Shown here: piece after piece, positions 49,000-62,631 of the stretch | Numbering within the stretch: the first letter of the stretch is position 1 | Layout: each line of letters starts with the position of its first letter | Source: Neoconidiobolus thromboides FSU 785 | Taxonomy: Eukaryota > Fungi > Entomophthoromycota | Direction of reading: 5' to 3' | Length of the DNA stretch: 64,000 nucleotides | Assembly: GCA_025603075.1 (NCBI GenBank) | Contig: MU626269.1 | Location: 124,001 to 188,000, forward strand | Notes under the pieces: generated by a model | Seen by the model: the letters and a program-made list of their open reading frames with translations, nothing else | The model's database searches: none | Told to the model about the DNA's origin: nothing | Position numbers and translations under genes: made by a program

Positions 49000-50164
49000 A
49001 GCAAATCAAAAGGTAATACTTGAATATAAGAGAAAAGAATGTAGTAATATGATTATTAAATGTAACATAATGATTTTATTTATTTTGGTTCGGTTTTTAA
49101 GATTTATTTTCTGATGAAATTAAAGTACTAAAACCGATAATAAGTGTTTTTTATATTATAATACAGCATTTAAATATTGGTTAAATTAGTAAATTTAGAC
49201 TACAGCTACTTATTGAAAATAAATTAATAGCTTCATAATTGTAACTAATATTATGACATAATTTATTATTATTAAAGCTAAAATATAAGATAAAATTATT
49301 GATATAGGGATTTCAATTACTTGTTTCAATAATAGTTTTAACTATTTTTTGATATATTTAAATAAAGCGATTTAACTTATAACTAAAATAATAATGGCAT
49401 TTATAATGGTTTATTTTTTAATAAGTATGAAGTAAAATATCGAAGAAAGGACATTAAACCAGTAAGTCAAAAGTTATCTTTAAGCTAAGAAAGATTATAT
49501 GATGTAACTTAAATACTATACATAAATGATTGTCCAATATAGATTTCAAAAGTAAAAGAAAAAGTAGTTTCACTATTAGAAGAAAGCTTAATAAAGCCTA
49601 AAGTAGAAGATTAAATTCGAAATTGGCCTAATTGTATTACAAATTTACAGAAAATAGTTAGAGATATAAAACGTCTTCGCTTCTATTATATAAACATTTG
49701 AGTTATTTAACAAAAATTACCTAAATGAAAGCTTCTTTAAAATAGAGTGAGATGACGTTATCAAAGTGTATTTCTTTAACTTGAAACATTTTAAATATCG
49801 ATTAAGCTTATTAAAACACTTTTAGTGGGGAATTCTATGTTAAAGTTTCAAGATTTTACCAAATTTTATTAAAATTGCCCTAAGATGGGTTTAGCATTAA
49901 AAGATAAATAGTGCATTATGAATTATTACACTATATTGAGATAGTCAACCAAGGTTGACACGTAATGATTAAAATCTTTATTTTTCAATATTAAACCATT
50001 TTAATATTATTATAAACTGGTAAATATTTTCATGATCTAATTTTTGGTTAACTATTTTATTGAAGCTAGTGTAAATATGACATAAAGTCTACAATTTAAA
50101 ATAAGGAAAAAAGTATATAAGAACAAGAAATGTGAAATGAATTTGAAATAAAAAATAAATAAAA

Positions 50165-50761
50165 ATGGAATCTACTCACACTAAAGCCAACCTTGATACT
50201 AAAACTGAATTCAAAGAGCAACTAGATGGGTTCTATGAGCTTATAGATAAACAAAAATGCGTCATGCTTACCACTAAAAACCCAGATGGTAGTCTAATTT
50301 CTCGTCCAATGCATATCTCTTCTAGAGTAAATGGTGTTGACTTTTACTTGTTTGCTAACAAAGAATCCCAGAAGGTTGAGGATATTCAAAACTATCCAGA
50401 AGTAAACTTAAGTTTCTATAGAGACAGCGATTATTCTTGGGTAAGTGTATCTGGTAAAGCATCCTTAGTCACAGATGAGAGTAAAATTAAGGAATTATAC
50501 AGTCCAATGCTTAAAGCTTGGTTCGAGGACCTTGGAGATGGAATCCATACTGGCGGCCCAGAAGATCCACGTGTTATCTTATTACAAATTGAGACTAAAG
50601 ATATTATCTACCAGGTTCAAAAAAATGTTATCAGTCGTACAGGCCAAATGTTAAAAGGAATGGTCACTGGCGATAAAGCTGATATGGGCTCAATCCGACT
50701 TATTGGTGGTGAACAACTCGAAGCTGCTCGTAAGCTTGAGACTTCCCACCAAAATGCCTAA
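50165..50761 (+). CDS. bli-3: BLI-3 / general stress protein 26 family (PNPOx-like FMN-binding split barrel)
   Basis: CVMLTT..LISRPM; VNLSFY..SWVSVSGKA; YSPMLKAWFEDLGDGIHTGGPEDPR. Confidence 0.85.
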   Translation: MESTHTKANLDTKTEFKEQLDGFYELIDKQKCVMLTTKNPDGSLISRPMHISSRVNGVDFYLFANKESQKVEDIQNYPEVNLSFYRDSDYSWVSVSGKASLVTDESKIKELYSPMLKAWFEDLGDGIHTGGPEDPRVILLQIETKDIIYQVQKNVISRTGQMLKGMVTGDKADMGSIRLIGGEQLEAARKLETSHQNA

Positions 50762-51508
50762 TTATAAACCATATTGTAAATAAAACTATGTCTTAAGCTA
50801 AGTATTGCTATTTTTAAGCTTTATTAAAATTGAAATTAAAATTAAAACTATAAACGCATTTTTATAAGTATACAAATGTGATATAATATAAATTTTTTTA
50901 TTAACATCAATATATAATGGTAAAAACTTGTTATTTTTACTTTCTAATAAAACTCTTGCGTAATTAATAACTATTTTGATTCATTTATTAGTATTCAAGT
51001 ATACAATCCATAAAAGATGATACAATATTTAATAGCATATTTCACTTGATTAACAAATATGAATGTGATGTTACTTTTTATACTATAATATTCATTAACT
51101 TTATTATTGGTTTTTGCTTATTAATTCTAATAATCTAAGGAATCTATTGATTTAAAACTTATTAGAGCTTATAAAATTGTTAAACTCCAAATTGATAATT
51201 TCTTGGAAAATTTCTTCGGCTACTATCTATTTATTTAGCCCTTTTAAAACCTAATTCTTAAGCTTTAGCGAAGCTTGTACTTAAATCTGATTCTTAAATG
51301 AACAATTATTTAATAAACAATTGAGCTTTAACAGCCGCAAAAATGCACTTTGAGCTGAATAGTAAAAAGCTTAGCTTGATTGGTCCATCAAATTTTTCAA
51401 GGATTAGAAGTTAAACTCAAGTAGTAAGGTAACAGGGTCTTTTATTAGAAAGCAAGATTGTATTCATAATACCAAATTCTCAGAAAAAGATAGAAAAAGA
51501 GAGAGAGA

Positions 51509-54500
51509 ATGGATCCATTTCAAGAACTCAATAGCCAAGATGCGGATTTCAGCTATCTTGAATACAATTATAAAGACGATTATTCTCAAAATGAGAATAT
51601 AGATTTTACTTCGAACTTTAATGAGTTTGATGCTAGATTTAAGGAGTTATCCATTCAAGACAAGTCAAACAGTCAAGAAGATTATAATGTTAACTTAGAT
51701 GAAGATGAAGACGTCGTAAATTATGACCAGTTAGAAGAAAAAGAACTTCCAGACCATGCTTGCAAGTAAACTTACTTATATTATTTTTTGCTCTTTATTT
51801 ATTATATTAGATATTGTTTGATACATAATACTTCTTCAGTAGTAAAGTGCCTGACATGCCAAAAATGGTTTTGCAACTCTAGAGGAAATACGTCAGGTTC
51901 ACATATTGTTACTCACTTGGTTCGTTCTAAGCATAAAGAGGTTTCACTTCATTATGATTCACCACTTGGTGATACCGTATTGGAATGCTATCAGTGTGGA
52001 TGTAAAAATGTATTCCTTTTGGGTTTCATTCCAGCAAAATCAGATACCGTTGTTGTTTTGTTATGCAGGTAAGCCTTTTTTTAACAGCTCCTAGATTTTG
52101 TTTTATTTTTATAGACAACCTTGTGCTTCTATTCCTTCAACTAAGGATATGAATTGGGATACCTCATTATGGCAGCCTTTAATTGATGATCGTTCTTTTT
52201 TAAATTGGATTGTTAAAGTACCTTCAGAACCTGAGCAATTACGTGCTAGACAGATAACAACAAAGCAAATAATTAAATTGGAAGATATTTGGAAGGATAA
52301 TAATTCAGCTTCCCTTGAAGATTTAGAAAAACCAGGAATTGATGAAGAACCACAACAAGTTTTATTAAAGTAAACAAAAATTTTACTAATTTATTATTAA
52401 TATTTAATCATTTATTTAGATACGAAGACGCTTATCAATATCAAAACATTTTCGGACCTTTAGTTAAGATGGAAGCTGATTTTGATAAAAAACTTAAGGA
52501 ATCTCAAACTCAAGATAGTATTTCTATACGTTGGGATATTGGTTTAAATCAAAAGAAAGTAGCCTATTTCATTTTTTCAAGATTCGAACAAGGTGATTGT
52601 AGGATAGCTGTTGGCGATGAATTACGTATCAAATACAAAGGTGAACTTAGAGCTCCTTGGGAAGGCATCGGTCATGTGATTAAATTACCAAATAATGTTA
52701 GTGATGAAATCGGTTTGGAATTAAAGAAGACGGAAGGGGTTCCAATGGAATGTACATTAAACTTTTCAATTGAGTTTGTATGGAAGAGTACCAGTTTTGA
52801 TCGTATGCAAACAGCAATGAAGACATTTGCTTTAGATGAGACATCAGTAAGTAACTATATCTATCATAAGCTTTTAGGCCATGATCTTGAATCTCAAACT
52901 ATCCGTACACAAATTCCAAAGAAATTTCAAGCTAAAAATTTACCAGAGCTTAATCATTCACAAATTAATGCTGTTAAATGCGTCCTCCAAAAACCATTAA
53001 GTTTAATCCAAGGTCCTCCAGGTACTGGTAAAACAGTTACTTCAGCTACTATTGTTTACCATTTAGCAAAGTTAAGTAATGAGCAGATTTTAGTATGTGC
53101 ACCTAGTAACGTAGCGGTTGATCAACTTGCCGAAAAAATCCATAAAACTGGATTAAAAGTAGTGAGAGTTTGTGCAAAATCAAGAGAAGAATTATATTCC
53201 CCAATCAGTTTCCTTACTCTTCATGAGCAGGTTAATAACTGTGCTACACTCCCAGAGCTCCAAAAGCTTATTTTGCTTAAAGCTGAGCAAGGTGAACTTA
53301 GTTCTAGTGATGAAAGAAAATATCGTGCTTTAAGAAAATCAGTTGAGCAACAAATCCTTAGGAATTGTGATGTTATTTTAGCTACTTGTGTTGGTGCTGG
53401 TGATCCTCGTTTATCAAAGATGAGATTCCGTACTGTTTTAATTGATGAAGCAACCCAAGCTACTGAACCAGAATGCCTTATACCTTTAGTTTTAGGTTCA
53501 AAACAAGTGATCTTAGTAGGTGATCATCAGCAACTTGGGCCAGTAATTATGAGTAAAAAAGCAGCAAGGGCAGGTTTAAATCAATCTCTTTTTGAAAGAC
53601 TTATCACCTTAAATGTACGCCCTATCCGTCTTCAAGTCCAATATCGTATGCATCCTAATCTATCAGAGTTTCCAAGTAACATGTTTTATGAAGGTACGCT
53701 TCAAAATGGTATTACTGCACATGATCGACTCCGTCGTAACCTTGATTTCCCATGGCCAGATCCAGCTTGTCCGATGATGTTTTACTCTAATCTTGGATTA
53801 GAAGAAATATCTTCTTCAGGAACTTCATTTTTAAATCGAACTGAAGCAGCAAATTGTGAAAAATTAGTTACAAGGCTTTTAAAATGTGGTATTTTACCAG
53901 ATCAAATTGGTATTATTACTCCATATGAAGGACAACGTTCATATATTTCTAGTTATATGCAATTTAATGGAAGCTTGAGAAAGGAACTTTATAAAGAAAT
54001 TGAGCTTGAAAGTGTTGATGCTTTTCAAGGTCGTGAAAAAGACTATATTATTGTAAGTTGTGTCCGTTCCAATCAACATCAAGGCATCGGTTTCTTAAGT
54101 GATCCAAGACGTCTCAATGTTGCCATTACTAGAGCTAAATATGGGTTAATATTATTGGGTAATCCAAAGGTTTTAAGTAGACATCCACTCTGGCATCATC
54201 TGCTTACCCATTTTAAGGATAGACGTGTTTTAGTAGAAGGTCCATTAAATAATCTTAAGGTTAGTATGATGCAATTTTCTCGCCCACGTAGAATTTATAA
54301 TAAAGCTCGCAATGGTGTAGCTTCAAATGTACCTCAAGGAGCAGAGGCTGCTCGTCCTAATGTAACCCCACTTAATCATACTAATGGAAATGCAAGTCAA
54401 CTTTCCTCTTTAAGTTTGACTTCCCAAGATTATGCTTATTTCAAAGGATCGCGTAATGATATTGGTAATTTATGGGGAACGAGCACACAAGATTCGAGCT

Positions 54501-54733
54501 TTGCACATGGATTGTTTAATTCACAAACTAGTTCAATTGCACCAATCTCATTGAACCAATCAGATCGTTTACAACATATTGATGATCCAACACAATCATC
54601 CACCTTCCTTACACAAGAACTTGAATCACAATCGTTTTTAAATGATTACCGTAATCAAGGTATGTCATTGTTATCCCAAACCTCTCAGTTTACGATGGAT
54701 GAACTCAATTCTCAAGGATTTACTCAGTTTTAA
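51509..54733 (+). CDS. UPF1: UPF1/Nam7 nonsense-mediated decay RNA helicase (4 exons)
   Basis: CH domain ([34 protein letters not shown]); QGPPGTGKT; IDEATQ; GDHQQL; VDAFQGREK; SQ-rich tail. Confidence 0.98.
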
Positions 54734-56360
54734 TTTTTTTTACATGGATTAGGGTTGGTATGGAAAAAGTAGAAATTCATCTTAAAATTAGAAGGACAAT
54801 TTTGAAGTTTATTTAAGCTATTGGATAAACTTTAAGATGTAGCTAATTATAAAAGAGAAAATGCTATTATGAGAATCATTTATTATTATGTCGAAATTAA
54901 TAGTGAATTCTATTTCCGCTAACTTTTATAACTAAATCTAATAATTAGATTTGTAGCCAAAAAATAAATTTTTTAGTGTGATACTTTAAGTTTTCTATTT
55001 TCTAAATTACAGAATAATACTTCTAGTAATTCTATTTCGAACAATCCTATTTTTCTTTTAAAGAATATATTAGGTTAGTGAAATATTCATTGAAGTTTGA
55101 TTTTATATTTATGACTGAAGATTTCTATATTCGTATTTATCATAAATGATTTTATTTATCCTAATCATATTGAGTTAGTAAAATACTTATTGAATCAAGA
55201 TTTTATTTTCTAACTAAACAGCTTTATCTTCTAAATATTTGAATTTATACGATGTTTTCGATTGTTTCAAATAAGGGAGAATGAAAAAAAATTATTATTT
55301 CAAATTGAGTTAATGAATAATACAAGTTTTAAACATTATTCTAGTTACTTTAAAAAGGGATAGTATTTTGGATAAAAAAAAGGATAGTAATAGGCACCTT
55401 GTAATTACTTTAAAGCTTAGTCCTTTTTTTTAAAAAAGGATGAAGACGAATTATCATATTGTTGTCATTTTATAAAAGACGCGTGTTTTAAATAAATATA
55501 AATATTGTTTTAGAATATAGTGTACACAAAAGTTAGCTTAGTTAAACTGAATTAAATAAAATAATGAAGGGATGAAAAAAGGCAAAGTAAGCTTAAGAAA
55601 TTTAAAGAAAGTCTCCAAGCAAAAATAAAAAATGCAAAAAATGGCAAAACTAGATACAAAAAAGGGGTGAAAATTCAAATAAAATAAAATTAAATAAGAA
55701 ATTAAATACTCAATGTTCTAATTAATTAATTCATTCATTCACATTCAATAAAAATTGTTGTATTCATTAAAATTTAACTTTTTACATTATTTAATTTTAT
55801 TGTAGTTAAGCAAAGAAGTTAAAGCTTTCAAGTTTAAATAGAAAAACTTGTTAATTTGATGAAATAATTTCTTTACCCCACCTTCATAATCTTGGAGAAA
55901 AAAAAACTAAAATTTTAAGGTGGGTATTATTGTTACGGATGATTTAAATTTTAAATAAAAAACTTAAATTAAGGACTTTGATTGGCTATTAAAATAGTTG
56001 ACTTGTTATTGTTATTATTTAATATGCCACCCAACAAAGTCATGGTAAAATAACCTAATGATTTATAAAATGAGATATAACCGAATTTAACTCCATTAAA
56101 AAGGTTAGCTTTCATCTAGAACTTGAATGATTTTTAACTGGTTTATTTATGACTTACCTTGCCTAATATAGCATAAACGATTACCCCTTGTCACTAGCTT
56201 TAATTTTAATTCAATAGTTAATCCAACTTTATTTCTTTATCATTTTCAATTTTTAATTCTTCTTTCTTTTATTTATTTCTATCTATCACATTTTCCTCCA
56301 TCTCAATTACTCATTATCATAATTGTATAGTTTTATTTTATGTATATATTGTCTGTTTAA

Positions 56361-57701
56361 ATGAGCCATCAAGTTAAAAATAGTATTAATGAACTTATAC
56401 CACCTTATATTAATAGCAGTATACTTAAGAGTATCTTAAATAAACTCAATTTGAATAAAGAAATAAAGACTAATAATAACATCTTGTCCTTAATTAATCG
56501 GTTCCTTGATGAGTTCCTTTTATTAATAATCAATCACCAATTTTCTATTGAGATTAAGTTCGATCATGAATATATCAAATTATCGCTAGAAACAATATTT
56601 AAAGAAGATACTCTAATTGATAATGCTATTGAATACGCAGGTTATGGTATTAACTTGAACCATTATCAAGATAATCTATTTTCAAATCATACCAACTATT
56701 TTATCAATTTAAATAATAATGTAAAGAAATCCATCGATGAACGTAGAGTGTTGATAGCTGATAAACTTAATAACCATGGTTTAGGCCTAGAAAGTACTTC
56801 CAATACTAATTTATTTAATAAATTATTTAAAGGCTTTAACAAGTCAAAATTAGATGGAGATGTAAATAGTAGTAACAATGATAGTACTAGGAATTCGTCT
56901 TGTAGTAATAATAGTAATAAAGTGAGTACCATGAGTACCATGAGTACCAATAATGCAGGCATTTATAGCCCAAAGACACTTTATGAAGGATTGAGAAACA
57001 TGTGTTTAAACCATGGTGCATTACAAAGGAAGTCCCTTGATAGTAAATGGAAAGTTACTAAATTGAATCAACAATTGATCAATATATCTACTGCCATCTA
57101 TACCTCAAGAATATTAGAGCATATAACTCATTTTATCATTTTAAATAGTATTCAACAATTGAATTTAATGAAGCAAAGCCATGAACTGATGAAAATTCAA
57201 TTTGATTTAAATAAATCTTTAAGCTATGAAATCAATTATGAGTTAATAATTCATACCTTTTATCAAGAAGAATCTTTACTCAAATTGTTCAACAAGTTAA
57301 ATATGAAGCATAAGTTACAAAAACAGCATAATACCACGACTGCAACTCCAACTAATAACAACAGTAATACTAGCAATTTGAACTTAAAAAACAAAACCAT
57401 TATAAACAAACTGAATAATTTTACCACTTCTTCTCCCCTATTAAACTTTAACAACAGTAGTAGTTGCAACTTATCCGAATACAATACAACTAAGAGAGCA
57501 TCAAACCCACAAACTCAAGATAAAGAAAGGTACAGCATAGAACCCATAACTAGCGATATTAACTTGAACTTCAACTCATCCAATTCTACTCTGAAAAGCA
57601 TACCGTTTGAAACCGAGTTATTTGATGAAATCTTACGATCTGATGAAACTTTTAAACTTTCTTTAACCCCTTCAAAGCTAAAATTTAATTCTTTTTCTTA
57701 A
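56361..57701 (+). CDS. Hypothetical protein, possible histone-fold-like helices
   Basis: 446-codon ORF; helical segments LINRFLDEFLLLII and STAIYTSRILEHITHFII; C-terminal FDEILRSDETFKLSLTP. Confidence 0.65.
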   Translation: MSHQVKNSINELIPPYINSSILKSILNKLNLNKEIKTNNNILSLINRFLDEFLLLIINHQFSIEIKFDHEYIKLSLETIFKEDTLIDNAIEYAGYGINLNHYQDNLFSNHTNYFINLNNNVKKSIDERRVLIADKLNNHGLGLESTSNTNLFNKLFKGFNKSKLDGDVNSSNNDSTRNSSCSNNSNKVSTMSTMSTNNAGIYSPKTLYEGLRNMCLNHGALQRKSLDSKWKVTKLNQQLINISTAIYTSRILEHITHFIILNSIQQLNLMKQSHELMKIQFDLNKSLSYEINYELIIHTFYQEESLLKLFNKLNMKHKLQKQHNTTTATPTNNNSNTSNLNLKNKTIINKLNNFTTSSPLLNFNNSSSCNLSEYNTTKRASNPQTQDKERYSIEPITSDINLNFNSSNSTLKSIPFETELFDEILRSDETFKLSLTPSKLKFNSFS

Positions 57702-58183
57702 TTCCACATATAGACTCTCTTTTTTCATTTTTACTTCACATCTAGTTGGAGTGGGTGATTATTGTAGCATTTTCATTTTTTATATATACGATTCGATATC
57801 TAGCTTTTTATATATACTATTTTAATTAAATTTTTCTCTTTAAAAATTATTGGCGTTTTTTAATTTTATTAATTTGTGAGTTTCTTATTTTATTGTATTC
57901 ATTCAAGGAATATAAAAATAAATTAGAATCTATTATAGCTCAAATTAAATCTATCAACGTTAATAAATAGACTATTTATGATTATCAATTTTTCTTAATA
58001 TTTCAAATAAATATAAGATTGAAAAGCATCTCATGTTAAGAATTGCGATATCTATGACTTCATCATTTTTGAAAATAAACAAAACTGAACTTTGTTTTCT
58101 ATTTTTCTTATGTTTCCCGTATTTTCAAAAAACTTAATACAGTTTGGGTACTATAAAAAAATGAATAATATATTTGTTCAATA

Positions 58184-58284
58184 TATAGGAACGTTTTTGA
58201 CTTCATTATTTTTTCCATTTTTAAGCGCTATTTGAATGGAAAAATTATTAGTGAAATTCTTAAAAACAAAAATACATCCCCATA
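58184..58284 (-). mobile_element. MITE-like repeat copy
   Basis: Reverse-complement match. Confidence 0.9.
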
Positions 58285-59092
58285 TGGTCTTTGGGTTTAC
58301 ATAAAGATAATAAAACATTAATTGATGTATTACAATTAAATTAAATTAAATTAAACGATGTTGCTAGCTGGAGCGTTTCACTTTGTGATATGGCTTTTAT
58401 ATTTATAAAGGACTAACAAAAATAAGTTATTTGTACTTATATTTTTATTAATTTATGATAAGACATTTCTATAACAATTATTAACAAGCTTATAGCTAAT
58501 ATTGATATTTTAAAACATCGTAGTTATATCAATGATTACATGTTACAAATATTTTTCAATACATCTTATATAACATCTCCTAACTTCATAATACAAATAA
58601 ATATTTCTGCAATATAGTTTATTTTATAAAACATTTTAAACCAGCTAATAAAGAGGAGGTATAAAAGCATGCCTCACTTTTATAAATCAACATAGCTGAT
58701 ATTAAAGAAAATTAGCTTTCAACCACTGTAAGTGAAACAAGAACAGTTTTATTAAAGCAAAAAACTACAATGGTATTTATTATAGTAAAATTGACTTATT
58801 TAGAAATATTTAACTTTTTTTAGACTTTCATTTATGAAACTATAGCTTATATTTAAAATTTGTAATAAATTGATCCAAGCCAGGGGATATACAAAATATA
58901 AAATTGTCAAAAGTCATAAAAGTAAATAAACTTTATATTCATTGAACCATTAACTTTTTTCAACGGTATAGTTAAATATCAAATCGGGTTCTACTTATCG
59001 TTACCCTTAAAAAAGTTTAAATTATAATTATTGAACTAAATTTAAATTATTTTTTCCGAAAGTTTATATAAAATACGATTTTAAATTTAATA

Positions 59093-59197
59093 TATGGGGA
59101 TGCTTTTTTTGGCTTCATCACTTTTTCTATTTTTTAAGCGCTATTTGAGTGGAAAAATTATTAATAAAATTCTTAAACACAAAAATACATCCCCATA
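59093..59197 (-). mobile_element. MITE-like repeat copy (near-perfect TIRs)
   Basis: TATGGGGATG...CATCCCCATA. Confidence 0.93.
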
Positions 59198-59876
59198 TGG
59201 CCTTCTTAAAATGGGTTGTATATAAAATGTATTAAATGTTATAAAGTAATATGATAATAAAATAATTTATCTATAATTCCCTTATTTATTTATTTTATTT
59301 CCATGTTCCTTTTTTACTGTTCTATTAATTTTGGAAAAAGCTCGAAATTTAATATCCTGATATAAATAAACCTTGGAATATCAAATCAATACATCTTTTT
59401 ATTCTCTAATAGGTAGATTTCCACTCTTTTCTTTTCTTTTCAATATTTCAAGTTAGAGTTTAATATATTAATTTTTTTTACATCATATCTCTTGATTTTC
59501 ATTGTATATTAGTTTTGCTAACAAATTCATTATTTTTAATTGGGTCGATCAATTTACTAAAGTCATACATAATAATATCTCTTACTTATAATAGAATCTA
59601 CCATTTTTAATATCTCAAACATTTATTTAAAATTATATCAGCTTGTTTTATGAGTTTTGTAAAAACATGTAACTAAAGAATAGCAATATACTTACAATCA
59701 CCATTAATATAAATTAATTAATGTGGAATTGCGTCTTTCTAAATAAAGCAGCCTATCACTTGACACAATCGAAGTAAGATATCAGCTACTAAATATAGAA
59801 TGGTTTAAGTAAAAGTATAAATAAACAAAGATTATTACCATTTTGATCTCTTTGGCTTTTCCTCCTTTTATAAACA

Positions 59877-60776
59877 ATGGGTTATGTCTCAGGATTTAGT
59901 GTAGTAGTAATTGCATTGATTGCGTTATTAGCGATTTTAAATGGGATATTATTATTTTTAGCGATCAAAGTTAAGCCACGCACCAAAGACATCAACTTTA
60001 TCATAATCATATGTTGCTTACAATTTTTAATACCAATTATTGGGTTTAGCAATATGATTAGTTATATTGGTACAGATACTTATCTATTATCCAAACGGTT
60101 GGGTTGTCAAATTTCTGGATTTTTTACAGCTTTAGTGTTTTTTTATCAAGTAATTACAAATTTATGTTTAGCTGTCGAAAGATTGTCTCATATTACTAAA
60201 AAAGATTACTTGAATTATTTTTATTTCCCTACCTTTTTAGCCTCAATATCATTCTTATTGTTACTCTTAGTATCAGCATCTGAAAACTTATTAATAATAA
60301 GCGCATCTGGGATTATATGTATGCCTTCCCCGACACATGGTATTTTACCAGGAATGGCATTTTTCTTATTTTTGTTTTGTATGGTTTCAAGCTCTATTGT
60401 TATCTTTTATTGTTATTTGAAATTGGCAATTTATACCAATAATTTAAGTTCCTTTATTGAAATTGGGCCAGATTCTGCCTATAAAATTAAAAATGATATC
60501 AAGAGAGGCTGGTCTGTGAAATGGGTATCAATTCGTATCTTTTCTATACTGGCTGTTTATGGTACCTGTACCTTCAGTTCCATATTATGTTTAGTGATCG
60601 AAGCTTACTTTGAAATTAAGTTTGGATTTGGATCAGTAGCTCAATCTAATTTAAATATGGCAGCCATCCTACTATTTATCATTGGGACCATAGCCAGTTT
60701 ATTGTTACTACTGATAATACATTCTGGAATCTCTAAACAAGCTAAAAAAATTTTTAAAGACAAACAAAGCGGTTAA
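59877..60776 (+). CDS. Seven-transmembrane GPCR-like protein, intronless
   Basis: Seven hydrophobic segments; GCQ at start of TM3; LAVERL (DRY-like); ICMPS in ECL2. Confidence 0.8.
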   Translation: MGYVSGFSVVVIALIALLAILNGILLFLAIKVKPRTKDINFIIIICCLQFLIPIIGFSNMISYIGTDTYLLSKRLGCQISGFFTALVFFYQVITNLCLAVERLSHITKKDYLNYFYFPTFLASISFLLLLLVSASENLLIISASGIICMPSPTHGILPGMAFFLFLFCMVSSSIVIFYCYLKLAIYTNNLSSFIEIGPDSAYKIKNDIKRGWSVKWVSIRIFSILAVYGTCTFSSILCLVIEAYFEIKFGFGSVAQSNLNMAAILLFIIGTIASLLLLLIIHSGISKQAKKIFKDKQSG

Positions 60777-61358
60777 ACTAATTAATGTTATAAATAAAAT
60801 GTATTCTTTTCTTTTGTTAAATAAATTTGTAATAAAATATTTTAGCGATTGTTTATTAAATTTGGTAAAATGAATAAATTGAGAATTATACTAAATTAAA
60901 ATTTTAGTAAATTCTTGCTTATAGAAGTGATATAGATAAACCACAAATAAGATTTATAAAGTTAGTCTTCTTGAAAAACACTAACGCCGTAGCAAAAATC
61001 TACAAGCCCATATTTAATAGTTAAAATTGTATAAATTTGTAAAACAAACATAATAGTCTTAATCCTTTAATGAAAAAATTAACTATATAAATTTTAAGGA
61101 TCTTTATAATTCACTATAGTCAATCTAATATCAATTTTGTTATTTAAAAAGTTATTTTAATTGATACTGAATTCATTGTTGATGTTTCCATGACTACTCA
61201 AACGAGCATTATTATGGCTTTAATGAGGTTTTGCTTGATTTAGATAGCTTGGCCCATTTGATTTAGGTTGTATTATCGTAGGTAGCATTGTTATCATTTC
61301 ACTTTTGAAAGAGTTAAAAAAAGGTTGGCTAATATTCCAATCCCTTTTTTGATTTTAA

Positions 61359-61461
61359 TATGGGGTGTTTTTTTGGGTTCATTACTTTTTCCACCTTTTA
61401 AGCGCTATTTAAGTGGAAAAATTGTTAGTAAAATTCTTAAATACAAAAATACATCCCCATA
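61359..61461 (-). mobile_element. MITE-like repeat copy
   Basis: Reverse-complement match. Confidence 0.92.
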
Positions 61462-61750
61462 TCATCAAGTACCATAAACGCTTTCATAATAGGGGGCATT
61501 TTTTACCAATTATTCTTTTTTATACTTTTTAAATTAAAATTAACCAGCCAACTCAACTGTTTAAGTTTGAATGTAAACTAATAATAAATTCTATAGTTAA
61601 GTATTTGTTTTATTATAGAAAATATCATTTGATCTTTATTTTTTATTATAAAATGAGGAATTAGCTAGCACACATCTATGTTTAAATAATTGTACTGGTT
61701 AATTTCTAAATTAAAAAGTAGTAAAAATAGACAATTGATAAACTTCACCA

Positions 61751-61854
61751 TATGGGGATGTATTTTTTTGTTCAAGAATTTTACTAACAATCTTTTCACT
61801 CAAATAGCGCTTAAAAGATGGATAAAATAATGAAACCAAAAAATCATCCTCATA
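61751..61854 (+). mobile_element. MITE-like repeat copy, ~70 bp downstream of tRNA-Phe
   Basis: Consensus match. Confidence 0.92.
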
Positions 61855-61922
61855 TTTTGTTTAATTACACATTCTTGATGAAAGGTCTCCAAATTATTGA
61901 GAAAAATAAAATATTGTCTTTA

Positions 61923-61945
61923 TGCGCCCACCGCGGATTGAACGC

Positions 61946-61989
<44 letters not shown>

Positions 61990-61995
61990 AGCCGC
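61923..61995 (-). tRNA. tRNA-Phe(GAA), intronless
   Basis: GCGGCTATAGCTCAGTTGGGAGAGCGTCAGACTGAAGATCTGAAGGTCCCGCGTTCAATCCGCGGTGGGCGCA. Confidence 0.93.
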
Positions 61996-62368
61996 TAATA
62001 TGCTATTCATATTTAACTTTATTATATAAATATAAAAAATGTCAATCTCTAAATACTTTATAACTTAGTGAAATGAGATCCTAACGATTATAAAAAATAT
62101 ACATACAAAATTCTTTAATTTGTTTATGGTCGATGATTTAATTATTTGTATAGCTATAATATAAAAGTAGTTTATAGTTTTAGATTAATGCTCTTAGTAC
62201 CTCTCTTGTTTTATTTAAAATAAAAACCAAATATTCTCTTAAACTAGTGTTTATTTGTTAAAAAGTAGTAAAGTCAATTGTTAGGGATAAAGTACAAAGT
62301 TTTAAAGAGCCAATGTTTTGTTAGAGATGTTCAACTAAAGGACCAAATTTCTCTTTTATAAGGATTTA

Positions 62369-62471
62369 TATGGGGATGTTTTTGATTTCATTACTTTTCC
62401 ATTTTTTAAGTGCTATTTGAGTGGAAAGGTTTTTAGTAAAATCCTTAAAACAAAAAAGTACATCCCTTATA
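62369..62471 (-). mobile_element. MITE-like repeat copy
   Basis: Reverse-complement match. Confidence 0.9.
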
Positions 62472-62631
62472 TGTTTGCATTAAATTTTTCCAACTTAAAA
62501 GTTATTGAATTTTTTGAAAATGATTTTATTTGATAAAAATTTAAATAGAAAAAGGGCTTATTTAGAACTGAACACAAATTATAGTATTGACAGTAGATGA
62601 TCTAAATCAAAAAAATTGCTACCAGAGTTGT

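Noticed and set aside
56696-57484. Minus-strand Leu-rich ORFs 56696-56962 and 57263-57484
   Set aside because: Antisense translations of AAT/AAC-rich codons of the 446-aa gene
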